Assembly (NCBI GenBank): GCA_951406725.2
Contig: OX597816.1
Coordinates: forward strand, 94,488,001-94,552,000
Reading direction: 5' to 3'
DNA length: 64,000 nucleotides
From: Octopus vulgaris
Taxonomy: Eukaryota
Below the pieces are notes generated by a model. That model was given only the letters and a program-made list of their open reading frames with translations, was not told where the DNA came from and did not search any database. The position numbers and the translations under genes were made by a program. Of this stretch, positions 39,116 through 52,134 are shown one piece after another. Position 1 is the first letter of the stretch. Each line of letters begins with the position of its first letter.

Positions 39116-39573
39116 TATAACACTTCGTTTTTGTATTTGGTTTGCCAGATTCTTGAAGTGAATTTGTGTGTTGAAGCAAATCTTGTGTTGCGGGGGGTCA
39201 TTATGCCAAATAAAATTAAAACAAACACACGCACTGTTTCAATGCCATTTCTTTATTTTACCTACCAACTATTGAATTGTTTAGTTGGTAAAAATAAAGA
39301 ACTTATCAGCGATCAACTAGACTTGCATCCAGTTCTCATCAGTATGCTATGCAACTTCCCAAGTGTCATAAAACACTTTACAGTACCAGTTTCTTCCCTT
39401 GCACTTCTGAACTTTGGAATTCCCTTCCACAGTCTTGTTCCCCTCTTCAACATGACCTCCAGTCTTTTAAGTCTAATGTACATCGTCACCTATTGACTTC
39501 TGTCTAGCATCCATTTTATTCTAGTAGCTCTTGCATTTTTGGTGGTCTATGGACCTTGTAACGAGCAAGTGCT

Positions 39574-39803
39574 TTAACCCTTTTGATACCAACCTGCCTG
39601 AAACCACCTCTGGCACTGTAGTGCGAATGTCTTGTTTTCAAAAGTTCTGAATTAAAATCTTCCTCCAAACCTTAGTCACAATTTATCTACCTAACACTAG
39701 TTTAATGATAAGTAAGTTACTTTACTAAATTCTTTGTTACATTTAAAATTAATTGAAAGACACACAGAGCATCTCAACAGAAATATGGTCAGAAAAGGGT
39801 TAA
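39574..39803. mobile_element. piggyBac-type MITE
   Basis: TTAA-CCCTTTT...AAAAGGG-TTAA. Confidence 0.7.
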
Positions 39804-40322
39804 AGAAAGAAAAAGACATTTATATTCTTAGTGCAAATAGATTTTTAAAAAAAGATTGGAATAAAGGGAATTACAATTTTACTTTTATATAAAATAGTAT
39901 ATTTTATTCCTGGTATTAATGAATGAGACGGATATCAGTATTTGGTTACCTTTTAGAATAAAATAATAAAAAAAAAAACAAATGTAAAAATAATTTCAAA
40001 TATTCAACAAATCATTATTTTCCAAAACTATATTTAATAATTGAAAAATACTAATGACTGCCACATACTTCATAAAAGTTTGCTGATGTAAAAATATCAA
40101 CTTCAATATTTAACAAAAAGAGCCTCCAGTTTCTTTTTTTAAATACTTTTTATGTGTGTATCTTTGTGTTTGTCTCCTACACCACTTGACAACCAGTGTT
40201 ATGTCCTTATAATAGAGAGAAAGATGATGATGGTAGTGGTGAAGGTGGCGATGGTGAGTGCATAGAAAAAGTATTTTTTTTTAAATTGAACTAAGTTTTT
40301 CATATCATTTATCACTTAATGC

Positions 40323-40600
40323 ATGCACATCCCAAACTTGTCATTCACTTTAGAAAGAAACCAGTTTCCTGTTTGCCTGTCATATGCAGTTACTATAAAT
40401 AAATCACAAGGGCAGACATTTAATAAAGTGGGACTGTTCTTGCCTGAACTTCTATTTGACCATGGTCAGCTATATGTTTCATTCTCAAGGCATGCAAATT
40501 ATCTGATGTGAGAGTTAAAGTTATCAACACAGACAAACAACGGAAAAGAATAGGGAGAACTTTCATGAAGAACATAGTCTGCAAAGAAGTATTGGATTGA
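40323..40600 (+). mobile_element. Helitron PIF1-helicase C-terminal remnant
   Basis: FTLERNQFPVCLSYAVTINKSQGQTFNKVGL..HGQLYVSFSR. Confidence 0.85.
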
Positions 40601-41951
40601 AAGGTATATGCAAATTGAAATGTGTATTGGCTCTGACCCATTGCCTTGGCTTATAAGTTATGATGTGGCTTTCAGAGTATGCCATGTTGCATTAAATTTT
40701 TACCCATATGTGACCCACTATATTTTACATATAAAATCATTTTTTTTTACCATAAAATTTTTCTTTTCTAGATATGAAATTGTGACCATGTAAATTTTAA
40801 AATGTAATTTTTTTACAGTGTCTGAGAAAAATGGTAAAATAAGAGCGAAATATTTATTTTATGAGTGCTATGTATTAAGTTTATAAAATTGTGCATCATA
40901 TTCCGATTTCCTTCACTTTTCAATGAATAGCTGATGAGTGACTGTCTTTTGATACAGACACAAAACAGGCTATGCTTTCAGGATTTTGGGACAAAGTTTT
41001 CAGGAATAACTTTTAATTTCATGAAATATTCACAGATCCTGCTTGTACATTTATTATTACACTTAAGAGGATACTCCAACAAAGTTTCTGATTGTGACAT
41101 GTGTTAGTAATCACTATTACACAAAAAAAAAAATATTCCAATTAAAAGTAATTGTAATCTCATGACTCCACCATTTATATAGTTGTTAATCCCAACACAT
41201 GACCTCAGACCACAGCCATGTGCCAAACATGTTCAACTCAGGAATATTTTACAATAATATTTACATAATAGATCAAATGAATAAAGTTCAAAACTTTATT
41301 TCTTCGTTGTTTATGAATGCACAAGTGAAACTAGATGATCAAAAGTCTATTTTTCAAGTATAAAACAATGCGCTGACCTCTTCTAAAGCATTCAAAGCAA
41401 TGCAGAACGAACAATATCTGCTGGGGAACTGAAAGTGCTCAAGGGTAATGTTGATTTGACACAAGATTTAAGAAGACCAGAGAAGGAAGGTATGACCATT
41501 CTAATGTAATGGTGATGATTTAGTCTTTGTATAAGGAAAATATCTATGTAATTAGAATTCTTGATATGTTTTTTCCTTTACAGTTAAGCTATGCTGGGAT
41601 TACTACCTTAAAGTAATATTATATTTTTTGAACAGTAACACAGTGGAGGAAGTATATAGTATTTTTAATAAAAGTGAATATAATTTCAGGTTTTTTAATG
41701 GAACAAGAAGAAATACACTCCCTCCTTCACAATTTTAAGTAGGGATGTAGTTGATAGCTGTACTTTACTTTTCAACCTTGAAAGAAGAAAAGATAGTCAG
41801 CCGTGACAAAATTTGATTCAGATAAAGATTTGTAAGGAAATGGCAAAAGACATGGATACTACTACATTGCAATTGTCTTCTAAACTATATAAACAATTTG
41901 CAATTCATCTCAATAAACTCTAAACATTTGTAACATTTCACATGTTAAAAC

Positions 41952-43395
41952 AATAATAATAATAATAATAATAATTGTGTACAGTGCTCAGGTGCACTAC
42001 AACTCATCTATAATCAGGTGTAGTTTCGGCGGATTTCGGAAAGCATGAGGGCCTTAAAGGATGCAGTGTCATGGCAGTCAACAACTGACGCAGGCAGTTT
42101 ATTCCATGCTTCAGCAACTCTGAGCGTGAAAAAATGTTTCCGAAAGTCATGGGAGCTGTGTTGTTTTCTGACTTTGTAGGCATGTCCACGTGTGTTAGAC
42201 ACATGGAGATCAAAAAGGTGTTCAGTGTTGTTGTTGGTGAGGTGGTTGATAACTTTGTGGGTGTTTACCAAGTCCGTCGCCAGACGCCGGAGCTTCAGTG
42301 AATCCATGCCCAGGGAAACAAGGCGCTCAGAATATGGTAGGTGTCTGATGGAGGGTATGCGTTTGGTTGCACGTCTCTGGACAGATTCCAGGAGGTCAAT
42401 GTTCTGAGCAAGATAGGGGTTCCAAACTGATGATGCGAATTCCAAGTGTGGTCGTACCATAGCTGTATACAGTTTTAAATAGATGGCTGGAGAGCGGCTA
42501 ACAAAAGTCTTGCTGAGTGATGCCAAGACACCCTCGGCCTTCTTGACAATTTTAGAGATATGCTTTGTCCAACGCAAATCACTGCTGACAGTGATGCCTA
42601 GGTCACGCTCGCAAGAGGATTTCTTGATATCAGTGTTGTGGAGGGAGTATGTGGACGCAGGGTTTTTTCTCCCAAAATGCATGGTGGTACACTTGTCCAC
42701 AGCCAGTTTCAGTTGCCAGTCTGTGATCCATTGCTGCATTGTGTCTAGGTCTGATTGCAGGAAAGAGTTGTAGACATCAGGATCTGTCCTCTTGATTTCA
42801 AGGTACAGCTTGATGTCGTCTGCATATTTCAATACTGTGGCATTCTTTAAATTGGCATCTATGTCATTAATGTATGCCACAAACAAGAGGGGACCAAGGA
42901 CAGATCCCTGTGGTACACCCGATGACATCTCATATGGTGTAGAGTGCTGTCCTAGAACTGTGACTACCTCCTTTCGGCTGAGGATGAAGGATTTCAACCA
43001 GTTAAAAAGGTCATCCCCCACACCCATTGCAGAGAGTTTCACCATAAGCCTTTTGTGTGGCACAGAGTTGAAAGCCTTAGCAAAGTCAAGGTAGACAACA
43101 TCCACCCATGAGCCACTGTCAGTGATCTGAGTAATGTCCTCAAGGAACTCGACAAGCTGATCACTGCAGCTGGAGTTAGGGACAAATCCATATTGTGAGG
43201 GTCGGATGAGACTGTGAGAGCTCCAGAAGTTCCAGAGTGTTTCTCTGACACACGATTCCATCAGTTTTGCAATACAGCTAGTGAGACTGACTGGGCGATA
43301 GTTGACAGGTGATGTGCGGTCGCCCTTTTTGAACAGAGGAATGACACTGGCAGTTTTCCACTGCTCCGGAGTAGCACCATTGTTGAGACAGTACT
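41952..43395 (-). mobile_element. CR1-clade LINE, 5'-truncated, open RT frame, (ATT)n tail
   Basis: ORF 42014-43261: QYGF, YLDFAKAFNSVPH, GVPQGSVLGPLLF, YADD, ERDLGI, VRPHLE, WNKLP. Confidence 0.92.
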
Positions 43396-43415
43396 AGAAG
43401 AAAATAGAAAGCTGG

Positions 43416-44133
43416 TGAACCCCATACATTGTAAAATGGTTAGCAATATGAAGGACGTCCAACCATATATGAAGTAGTACCCAGACTAGTTCTGTAGCAT
43501 GCCAATTGATGGCAGTACCTGGTTGTATGTGCAGTGAGAGCTAGCAGTGTATAAATGCTAGCATCAGTTTTGATTTGATGCCAATAACAACTTGAACTAG
43601 ACTGAACTCTCACTGCTCAACTTTGTACTTACACACTGGGGAGAAAGGGAATATTATAGAATTGATATCATTATCCTCAAAGTTAAATTGTTAGACAAAA
43701 CAAAGGTTAGGGAACAACTTGGTGGCAGACAAAAATTTTGTCTGCATTCAAAATTAAAAACTACCCATTGATAGAAGTACTCTAAATAAACTCTAAGACA
43801 AAAAGTTATGTAATATAAGTTGCTTCAACACCTAAAATATTTGCAACATTATTGCTTAATGCAATATAACATTTTAATGTTATTTAGTCTGGTCATATTG
43901 ATACCTATGAATTTGTGTAATTAACAGTTTCTATATTTCCTCTCTGCCCCAACACTTAAATGCTGCAGACAATGCAAATTTTTTAGTGCTGAGACTAGGT
44001 ACCATGATAAAATGAACCCCATACATTGTAAAATGGTTAGCAATATGAAGGACGTCCAACCATATATGAAGTAGTACCCAGACTAGTTCTGTAGCATGCC
44101 AATTGATGGCAGTACCTGGTTGCATGTGCAGTG
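43416..44133. repeat. 121-bp direct duplication (43416-43536 / 44013-44133)
   Basis: One visible mismatch (GTTGT vs GTTGC). Confidence 0.9.
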
Positions 44134-45039
44134 TATAAATTTATTTAACAACTTGTTATACATACATACAAACATACTTATGCATATACACACATACAAT
44201 CATCCATAGACTCATGCAGATAGATAGATAGATACATATTGTAGAATAAAGTAGATTATATAATAAATTATAATTAAAGGTTATGAAAATATATGTCCTT
44301 GTTTTGCAACAGAAAAAGTTAGGGGAAATTGACAAAATGACACCATAATCTAGTGTATTCAGTTTAAAAGTGTGCATACTAACTAGAAACATTTCCAAAA
44401 ACAGAAAACCCAACCATTTGGATATAAAGATAGTTGATAAATGGAAGTAAAATTAAAATGGTATAAAAATTAAATATAATGTATACTAGCTCATTACTTG
44501 TTGCTACACTGCTAGTAAAAATATTTACTAAACATGTAGTCTGTTTTTGTTTTGTCTATATGTTGAAAGACATACAGAAACACACACATACACACACAAA
44601 TAACCAAATAAAAAGTAACTATATGTATTGTATATATGCATATAGTCTTTTTCTGAAGTCTGTGTTATGTTGACTTGCACTTAATATTCCCTCATTTTTA
44701 ATCAAAACTTGTTAGTCACTAAGGTGACAACATTACCTATTTATCTATCTTTCCAACACACGTATGCTCTCTCTCTCAACAACTTTTTCTCCTCTCCTCC
44801 TTCCCTCTCTCTGCACTGATGTTGTTATGGACAGACAGATAGAGAACAGCTTCTCTTTATAATATAAGATTGCGGTGCAAAAAATGTGTATCACAAAGTC
44901 TGAAAAAGATGGGTTGTGAGGTCAGAAACACTATAAAGTGCCAGCAAAAACCAAGTTGTATAAAAGGAATCAAGTTATTTTAGAAGATAAATAACATTTG
45001 GGGAAACTTATATGGATATGGAATCAACAGCAATGAATT

Positions 45040-46070
45040 TAGTGTACCAAGGCTCAGTTCTCAGCCTACTCTTATTCATTATACTCCTCCTGGCCATAAC
45101 AGAGGAATTCAAAACTGGATGCCCATGGAAACTGTTATATGCTAATGACCTTGCCCTTATTGCAGAATCTTTAGGAGAATTGGAGAAGAAATTCCAGGTA
45201 TGGAAGCAAAACATAGAATTAAAGTTAACCTAGCAAATACCGAAGTTGTTGTTAGTAAGGAAGAAGTCCTTCTGTCAGGTAAATGGTCCTGCTCAATATA
45301 TAGGAAAGGAGTTGGAAGAAATTCCATTCACTGCAGCCAGTGTAAGCTATGGACACATAAGAGGTGCAGTGGAATCACAAGTAGATTAACAGATAAAGTT
45401 GTCTTAGTATACAGCAGATGTGCAGGAACAATTAGTACTAAGAGCACACAAGACTTAGATTCTCTCAAATTCCCAGGAGGCTCTCTTGAGGTTCTAGATA
45501 GTTTCTGTTACCTAGGCAACCAAATTAACAATGATGGAGGAAGCTCTGAAAGTATTGTTTCTAGAATAAGAATAGGGTGGAGGTAATTCAGAGAGCTATT
45601 ACCTCTGTTGGCAACAAAAGGACTCTCTCTTGGAGTGAAAGGTACACTATGATGCTTGTGTGTGAACAGCTATACTCCATGGTAGTGAGATATGGGCTCT
45701 GAATGCAAAAGGATTGTGTAGACTGGAGAGAAATGACAGCAGTATGCTCTGTTGGATGTGCAACATCAGTGTGCATGTACGACAAAGTGCAAATGTATTG
45801 AGAGAAAAGTTGGGTATAAGAGGTATCAAATGTAGCATGCAAGAGAGAAGACTATATTGGTTTAGACATGGGATGTATATGAATGAGGACAGCTGCATAA
45901 AGAAGTGCCAATCACTGAAAGTGGATGGCACCTGCGGAAGTGTGAGGCCCAGGAAAACATGGAATGAAGTGGTAAGGACCGATCTCGGGATGTTGGACCT
46001 CATGAATGAAATGACAATGGACCGACATGTCTGGCAATATAAGGTTCTTGAGAAAACCTGCCCAAGTCAG
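45040..46070 (+). mobile_element. Decayed RTE-type LINE fragment
   Basis: QGSVLSLLLF..LLYANDL; CSQCKLWTHKRC; FCYLG; RPRKTWNE. Confidence 0.85.
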
Positions 46071-46232
46071 TGAATGGAATTTCTTCCAACTCCTTTCCTA
46101 TATATTGAGCAGGACCATTTACCTGACAGAAGGACTTCTTCCTTACTAACAACAACTTCGGTATTTGCTAGGTTAACTTTAATTCTATGTTTTGCTTCCA
46201 TACCTGGAATTTCTTCTCCAATTCTCCTAAAG
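46068..46232 (-). repeat. 165-bp inverted duplicate of 45169-45333
   Basis: Apparently identical reverse complement; ORF track gives the same peptide on both strands. Confidence 0.9.
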
Positions 46233-46764
46233 CAAAACTGAGTTCTAGAAGTGCTATGTGTTCCACCCACACGTAACAAGAAAACTTTTCACACACCCTA
46301 CCCCAACAAACCAAACTACATCTCTACATTTCTTCTCTTCCTCACATTTCCTCTTTCATGCATTATCCTTACCTCCCACTACCCAATCCTGTCCTCATGG
46401 CCCTGTTTCTCTGTATCATTGCTATCCAGTTGCCCCTACTACTCCATATGCCCAAGTTTTTCACCACTCATTCCATTCCCCTTCCCACTCTCTAATCATG
46501 CATCTTTGGCAATGTCCTGCCTCTTATATTATGACCTTTGAACCACAAGGGTATGCCCTGGCACTTGTCACCATCTATATCTCTCTCTTCTTTTACTCAA
46601 CCATCTCATTTATATTTTGATCCATGTTCCTTGTGAGTATGCCTGGCACTTTGCCACCATCTCTATCCTGCTCCCCCCTCTCTCCTCCTGTTCTTCCCTC
46701 AGGCTGGATAACCATTGTATCTCCTTGGCAGCAGTAACCCCACAGACCGACCATATCTATCTTT

Positions 46765-47238
46765 AGCATAACTACAGATGTGTACCCCTACCCCGGGTAA
46801 TACAAAAAATTTTTTAAACTTTTTTTTGTCATTTCGAAGGCTGTGGTTTTAAAAAAATAGGAAAAAATTCCCGTCAAAACGGAGTAGTTCCAACTTATAT
46901 GGTCTTCCTGATCCGAAACTCCTCTCCCCACCTCCTCGGAAAAATTTCCCCGCAAATTTCTTTATAATTGTAATCTATGTCGTTTGAAAGCCATTTGTAT
47001 AAAATTTCATTGAAAGATATCCATTTTCCTGAAAGTTATGAGAGAAAAAAGTCGGAGAGTGTGAATTTTCCGAAACTCTTCTCCCTATACCCTCGGAAAA
47101 ATTCCTTCCAATAAATTCTATATACTCTGAATCCACAGCATTTAAGCGGTATTTGTTGAAAATTTCGTTAAAAAGTATCCATTTTTCTGGAAGTTATGAG
47201 ACAAGAAAGTCAGTGAGGTACACATCTGTAGTTATGCT
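46765..47238. mobile_element. MITE (hAT or MULE type) with internal ~170-bp sub-repeats
   Basis: TIR AGCATAACTACAGATGTGTACC / GGTACACATCTGTAGTTATGCT; 8-10-bp TSD (T)CTATCTTT(A). Confidence 0.85.
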
Positions 47239-47654
47239 CTATCTTTATATAGTCTACTGCTCTATAACTTAGTGTGTTTCCCGTTATCAGTCTGCGGCAC
47301 AGAGTTGCCCAATATTGTGCAACAACCCGCAGAAGACTATTATTGTAATTAGAGTTGTCTTCCCATTACTCCTGCTTTGGCCTTTACTGTGTGTACAATA
47401 GAACCATTTATATTAACATATAGAAGATTAGTTTTATAGCCTAGTCAGTCACAACATTGGAATCACTTGCTATTGTTTTTCAGCCATGGCCATCTCGAAT
47501 ATTGTATATATAGTTCTACATAATCTAGTGTGCCGTCCCTTTTCAGACTGTAGGATGGAATTTTAGAAAACGATTTCCCAGCCATTTCTACTGGTCGAAA
47601 ACGAGAAAGTTTGAAGACTCAGTTTATATTTGCAGTTAAAGAAGCAACAGTGAA

Positions 47655-47972
47655 AGCGCGTGGATTCGCTTTTAGAGTATTCGGCTCACGAACGTAAGTC
47701 GTGAGTTCGATTCCCGGCGACACGTCGCGTCTTTGAGCAAGACTCATTATTTCGTAATGTTCTCGTCCACTCAGTTTACAAAATTTTAGTTGTGTCTGTA
47801 ATTCAAAAAGCCAGTTTAGTCACATTCTTCGCTAAGCAGAATCTTGATAACTACGTTAATCGTACGCGTATCTGTGGTATGTTCAACCACTTGCACGTTA
47901 ATTTCACGAGCAGATTGTTCTGTTGATCAGATTAACTGGAATACTGGTCGTCGTAACCGACGGAGTGCCAGT
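47655..47972 (+). mobile_element. Decayed tRNA-derived SINE (family of 31290-31675) just upstream of NFKBIL1
   Basis: GAGTTCGATTCCC B box; tail CGTCGTAACCGACGGAGTGC. Confidence 0.75.
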
Positions 47973-47995
47973 TGAGGCAACATCAACACAACTTG

Positions 47996-48011
47996 TGATT
48001 GGCTACTTCCG
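47996..48011 (+). promoter_or_regulatory. Candidate CCAAT box (reverse, ATTGG) plus ETS motif (ACTTCCG)
   Basis: TGATTGGCTACTTCCG ~45-60 nt upstream of the ATG. Confidence 0.4.
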
Positions 48012-48054
48012 CTTTCAACACTGCAGCCTCTGTGCTCTATAACATCGTTTTAGG

Positions 48055-48251
48055 ATGTCTTCATACGATAGCTACCGACACGATTTGATGAATAAAGTTA
48101 TTACCTATATTAAAGATAATCGTCCCAGTCGTGCGAAAGAATACATAAGGAAACATAAGCTCGGAAAATATCTGAAGAACGTGACAATCGCCAGTGGTGG
48201 AAACCTCCTTCATATGTGTTGTTCTTCCACCAATTCAAGACGTTTTCTCAG
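48055..48251 (+). CDS. NFKBIL1: NF-kappa-B inhibitor-like protein 1, exon 1
   Basis: MSSYDSY..GGNLLHMCC..RFLR; donor AG|GTATGT, phase 2. Confidence 0.75.
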
Positions 48252-49630
48252 GTATGTATATTTATATATACACACACACATACATATATATATAGCGTGT
48301 GTGTGTGTGTGAATTTTTAAAACGTTTTACAATCTCTTATCTAAAATGAAATTTTTTGCAAGTCATACAACGAGCGTTTATTCAACTCAAAAGTTATATA
48401 TTATACTATTTGTGTACAATACTACAATGATTTTAAAACTACATTTGGATAATCCTTCAAAAAAAAAGTTTAAGGTATATTTCTTATGACTTAACCACAT
48501 TTGTAATTACCGATTCTTCACCATAGTTCGAGGGATTAGGCCGTTTGCTCCAAATTTTCCCATCAAGAACACACTATTAAAAAACCCTCAAAGTCGCTTT
48601 AGGCAAAGTCTTAGCATCTACAATCACAAAACTGTATAAAGTGTCTACTACTAATGATCTTGAATGTACTTCAGTTCTCAGTTACGTCGCTAACACTTGC
48701 TTCTGTATATTAATGACATTTTTAAACTTTTAACCGTGACCTTCCTACGTAGATGAAACTATTCATTCCTTCTTAATCATCTGCACCAAGTAACCTAAAT
48801 ATATCATTCAAGATGTGTGTTGCTCCAGTGAACAAACCTCGGTACTAGTGGGATACAATGAGCCCGACAATATCCCCTGTGAATTCTTGATTGCTTTTAA
48901 TCTAGTTTTTTTACAAAATTTATTATATTAGTTCATTTTATTGTGATATATGATAGAATTAATGGCGCTTCTTTAGAAACGCACCTCTCCAAGAAAATGG
49001 CACTTAATTGTAAAAAAGAGTTATGAAAATGGGAAATATATCCAAAATAAATGAGGTGTGCAAAAAATGAAGATTCATCTATTTTTAAATATTTTATACT
49101 AAAATATTAAAAAAAGGTAAACGGACACTCGTAAACAATCATGTCGGACGATACAAGGGGAGGTAATTTACTTTTACTACGTGGGGCCAAAAAGCCACTG
49201 AGTTATATGTTCTGTAATTTATTTCCTCTGTAAACTGAAAATAAAAATAGCAAAACTTGCATATGTCTTAAATATATTTATTGTATTGTATCATAATTAT
49301 TTCTATCGTATATCACATCATAAAATGGGCGAAAGTAAACCCTAAAGCTAACATACTTCAGCCTCTATATGTTGCTCAGTTTGTCTATTAAAATCACATG
49401 AAGTTCTGTATTGTGGAAATAGTCTATAGAAGGGTCACTTAAATGCAATCCTATTTATCCGTTTGCTTTAACTGTGGTGCATATGCAGAAATAAATGTCA
49501 GTCATATTGTCCATGATTGGTTTGAATTTTATTATTCCATTACATATTCTGACTATCTCAGTTATCTTATAAGGCCTATTCAGATTTAAGGCGAAAAATA
49601 TGTTTGCCCTTAGCAATGTGATCATTCTGC

Positions 49631-49998
49631 AGGCGAGCTGGCTGAATCGTTAGCACGCCGGGTGAAATGCGTAGCCGTATTTCGTCTGGCGTTACGTTCT
49701 GAGTCCAAATTCCGCCGAGGTCGACTTTGCCTTTCATCCTTTCGGGGTCGATAAATTAAGTACCAGTTACGCACTGGAGTCGATATAATCGACTTAATCC
49801 GTTTGCCCTCTCTGTGTGTAGTAAAGAAATAGGTATTTCGTCTGTCTTTACGTTCTGAGTTCAAATTCCGCCGAGGTCGACTTTGCCTTTCATACTTTCT
49901 GGGTCGATAAATTAAGTACCAGTTGCGTACTGGGATCGATCTAATCGACTGGCCACTCCCTCAAAATTTCAGGCTTTGTGCATAGAGTAGAAAAGGAT
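49631..49998 (+). mobile_element. Tandem dimeric SINE (20924 family) with two different tails, in NFKBIL1 intron 1
   Basis: Core repeated twice; tail 1 GTAGTAAAGAAATAGG, tail 2 GGCTTTGTGCATAGAGTAGAAAAGGAT. Confidence 0.85.
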
Positions 49999-50116
49999 AT
50001 AAGCTAGAATAAGGTATAATGTTAATCTGTAATGCGCATTTCTCTAAAATAGGATTACCTTGGAATTTGGTCTATTAATGATTGAGTAATGTTAATGATT
50101 TTATATTTTAAAACAG

Positions 50117-50232
50117 ATATCTTTTACGTAAAGAAGTTGATCCCTTACAAACGGACTGTAATGGAAATTTACCTCATCACTATGCAGTGCACCAGCTCCT
50201 CTATATTGATGATCCACATGAAGCACAGTTTG
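50117..50232 (+). CDS. NFKBIL1: NFKBIL1 exon 2 (ankyrin-like)
   Basis: AAACAG| ... G|GTAAGT; YLLRKEVDPLQTDCNGNLPHHYAV; phases 2 to 1. Confidence 0.82.
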
Positions 50233-50989
50233 GTAAGTAACAATTTCTGCAAAAATAATTATCAGCTTCACTTTCAAGGGAATACAATCTGGTAACTTGT
50301 ATCTTGCTTTCTCTAATTGTTTTAGGCACCTGTGTAGTTGCAAGTAGAAATAGAAACCCTCTTGGCCTTCCCACCTTTAACCCAGCAGAATATAACAGCT
50401 GGAGAGAGAGCTGCACCAGCAGTTCGCTAGTACTCATTTTCAGCTGAGGCAAACAGCATGAAATGATGTGCCTTGCTCAGGAATTAAACCCACAACCTTA
50501 TGACTGTGAGCTCAGCACCCTAACCACTAGGCCACATGTCTTCATAAAGAATAATTAACTATAATAACAATAGTAAAAGTCAACTAGTTTAAGAATTAAT
50601 TCATAACTTGTTATTAGAGTTAAGTGCTTAAAGAATTAGACTACCCACTCATGGGTTCTGTGTTCAAATCTGCTATTGCAGTTCATTTTATGAGCCGTAA
50701 ACTTTAGTGCTCCATTGCTTCACCTTACTGTGAAGAAATGGATACCAGATCAATCTATGCAGTCTCATACCAGAGCTATCTTGGTCTACTACTTTGGTAT
50801 CTGACCTAATTTCAAATACAAATTGTATGCTACCTAATGTGCAACAGTCTATTCCATCATCAGGAGGACATCTTCCTCAGCTACTAGGTAATCCCATCAT
50901 TTTGTCATATTCTGCTTTTTTATATATGTTTTGACATTTAACTTACAATGATCTCAAGTGTTTGGCTATAAATCCCTCTTCGTTGAGGC

Positions 50990-51860
50990 TTAATCCTACT
51001 GTCAGTCTTCACTATGTCCTGTGTTTTCCTAGGTCTCCTTTCACATTTAGTGATCAGCACTTCTTTATGTAACCATTTTCATCTATATATATCACATGAC
51101 CATACCAGTAGTCTTCTCTCTTGCATACTACATCTGATGGCTCTTATGCCCATTCTTTTTCTGTATACATTTGTATTTTGTCATACATGAACACTGACAT
51201 TGCACATTCAGCAGATCATTCTTTCTTTATTTGTTTCTAAGTTTTTATTTGTCCTCTACTGTCATGGCCCACGTTTCATTACCAGGCAGCCTTGCTGTTT
51301 TTATGCATACAATCTGCCTTTCACTCTGAGAGGTAGGTCTTTTGTTACCAACAGAAGTAATAACTCTCAAAACTTTCTCCAGCTAGCTCTTCTAGCAACT
51401 ACGCTTTCAGAACATCATCCTCCACTGTTAATCATCATCATTTAATGTCCATTTGCAATCCAGAGAGCTTCAGTCTGATTTGGCATGGTTTCTATGGCTG
51501 GGTGCCCTTCCTAATGCCAACCACTTTACAGAGTGTGCTGGGTGCTTTTACATGGCACCAGCACAGTAATTAACAAAAATTATCCACCACCTCTAAGAGT
51601 CCTCCTGGGTATTTGAGAAAATCTATTTCTCTGTTAATCTCCTGTGATTATACTGCACCTGTTACGTGTCCACAGTTTGCATTGAGTACACCATTTAGAA
51701 TTTCTACCTACACTTTTTCTACTTATTAAATGGAACCCTATTGAAGGTTTTCTCCAAATCAACTAATGCAAAGTACAGCAGTTTACTTTAACTATAATGT
51801 AACTCCTATCGACAACTTTATCAATGTATACAGCCAAGTGTTAAATAGGATTCATGACTA
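50990..51860 (-). mobile_element. Old RTE LINE relic related to 45040-46070
   Basis: Minus-strand similarity to the RTE C-terminus, plus an ALVDLEK-like RT motif near 51750. Confidence 0.5.
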
Positions 51861-52009
51861 TATAATAGCCCATAGTATGACTTCTGATTGTACACTTGAA
51901 ATGTTGTACCAGTAATACATTTAAAACTATTTAAAATAACTTTACAATGTTTTACCCTCAATATCTTTAGTTTTATGTTACTAAATACCTTTTCTTTATT
52001 CTACTTCAG

Positions 52010-52134
52010 TCTACCAAGATTTTGTTCAACCATTTCTGAATGCTTTCCCCGGTGGTTTGATACTTAAAAACAGGTTTGGAGAGTCAACAGAAGATTTGTT
52101 GTTACAATTTTTTCATTATCAAAATATTTATCAG
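52010..52134 (+). CDS. NFKBIL1: NFKBIL1 exon 3
   Basis: CTTCAG| ... CAG|GTAATT; VYQDFVQPFLNAFPGGLILKNRFGESTEDLL resembles vertebrate YTDFFLPLL..KNKDGETP; phases 1 to 0. Confidence 0.85.

Noticed and set aside
40323-40511. Host PIF1 helicase gene
   Set aside because: Isolated frameshifted C-terminal piece with Helitron-type motifs and no other exons
40927-40973. atag-CTGATGA-gtg..cac-AAAACAGG-ctat hammerhead-like fold
   Set aside because: GAAA is AAAA and there is no NUH; could be a decayed relic but cannot be supported
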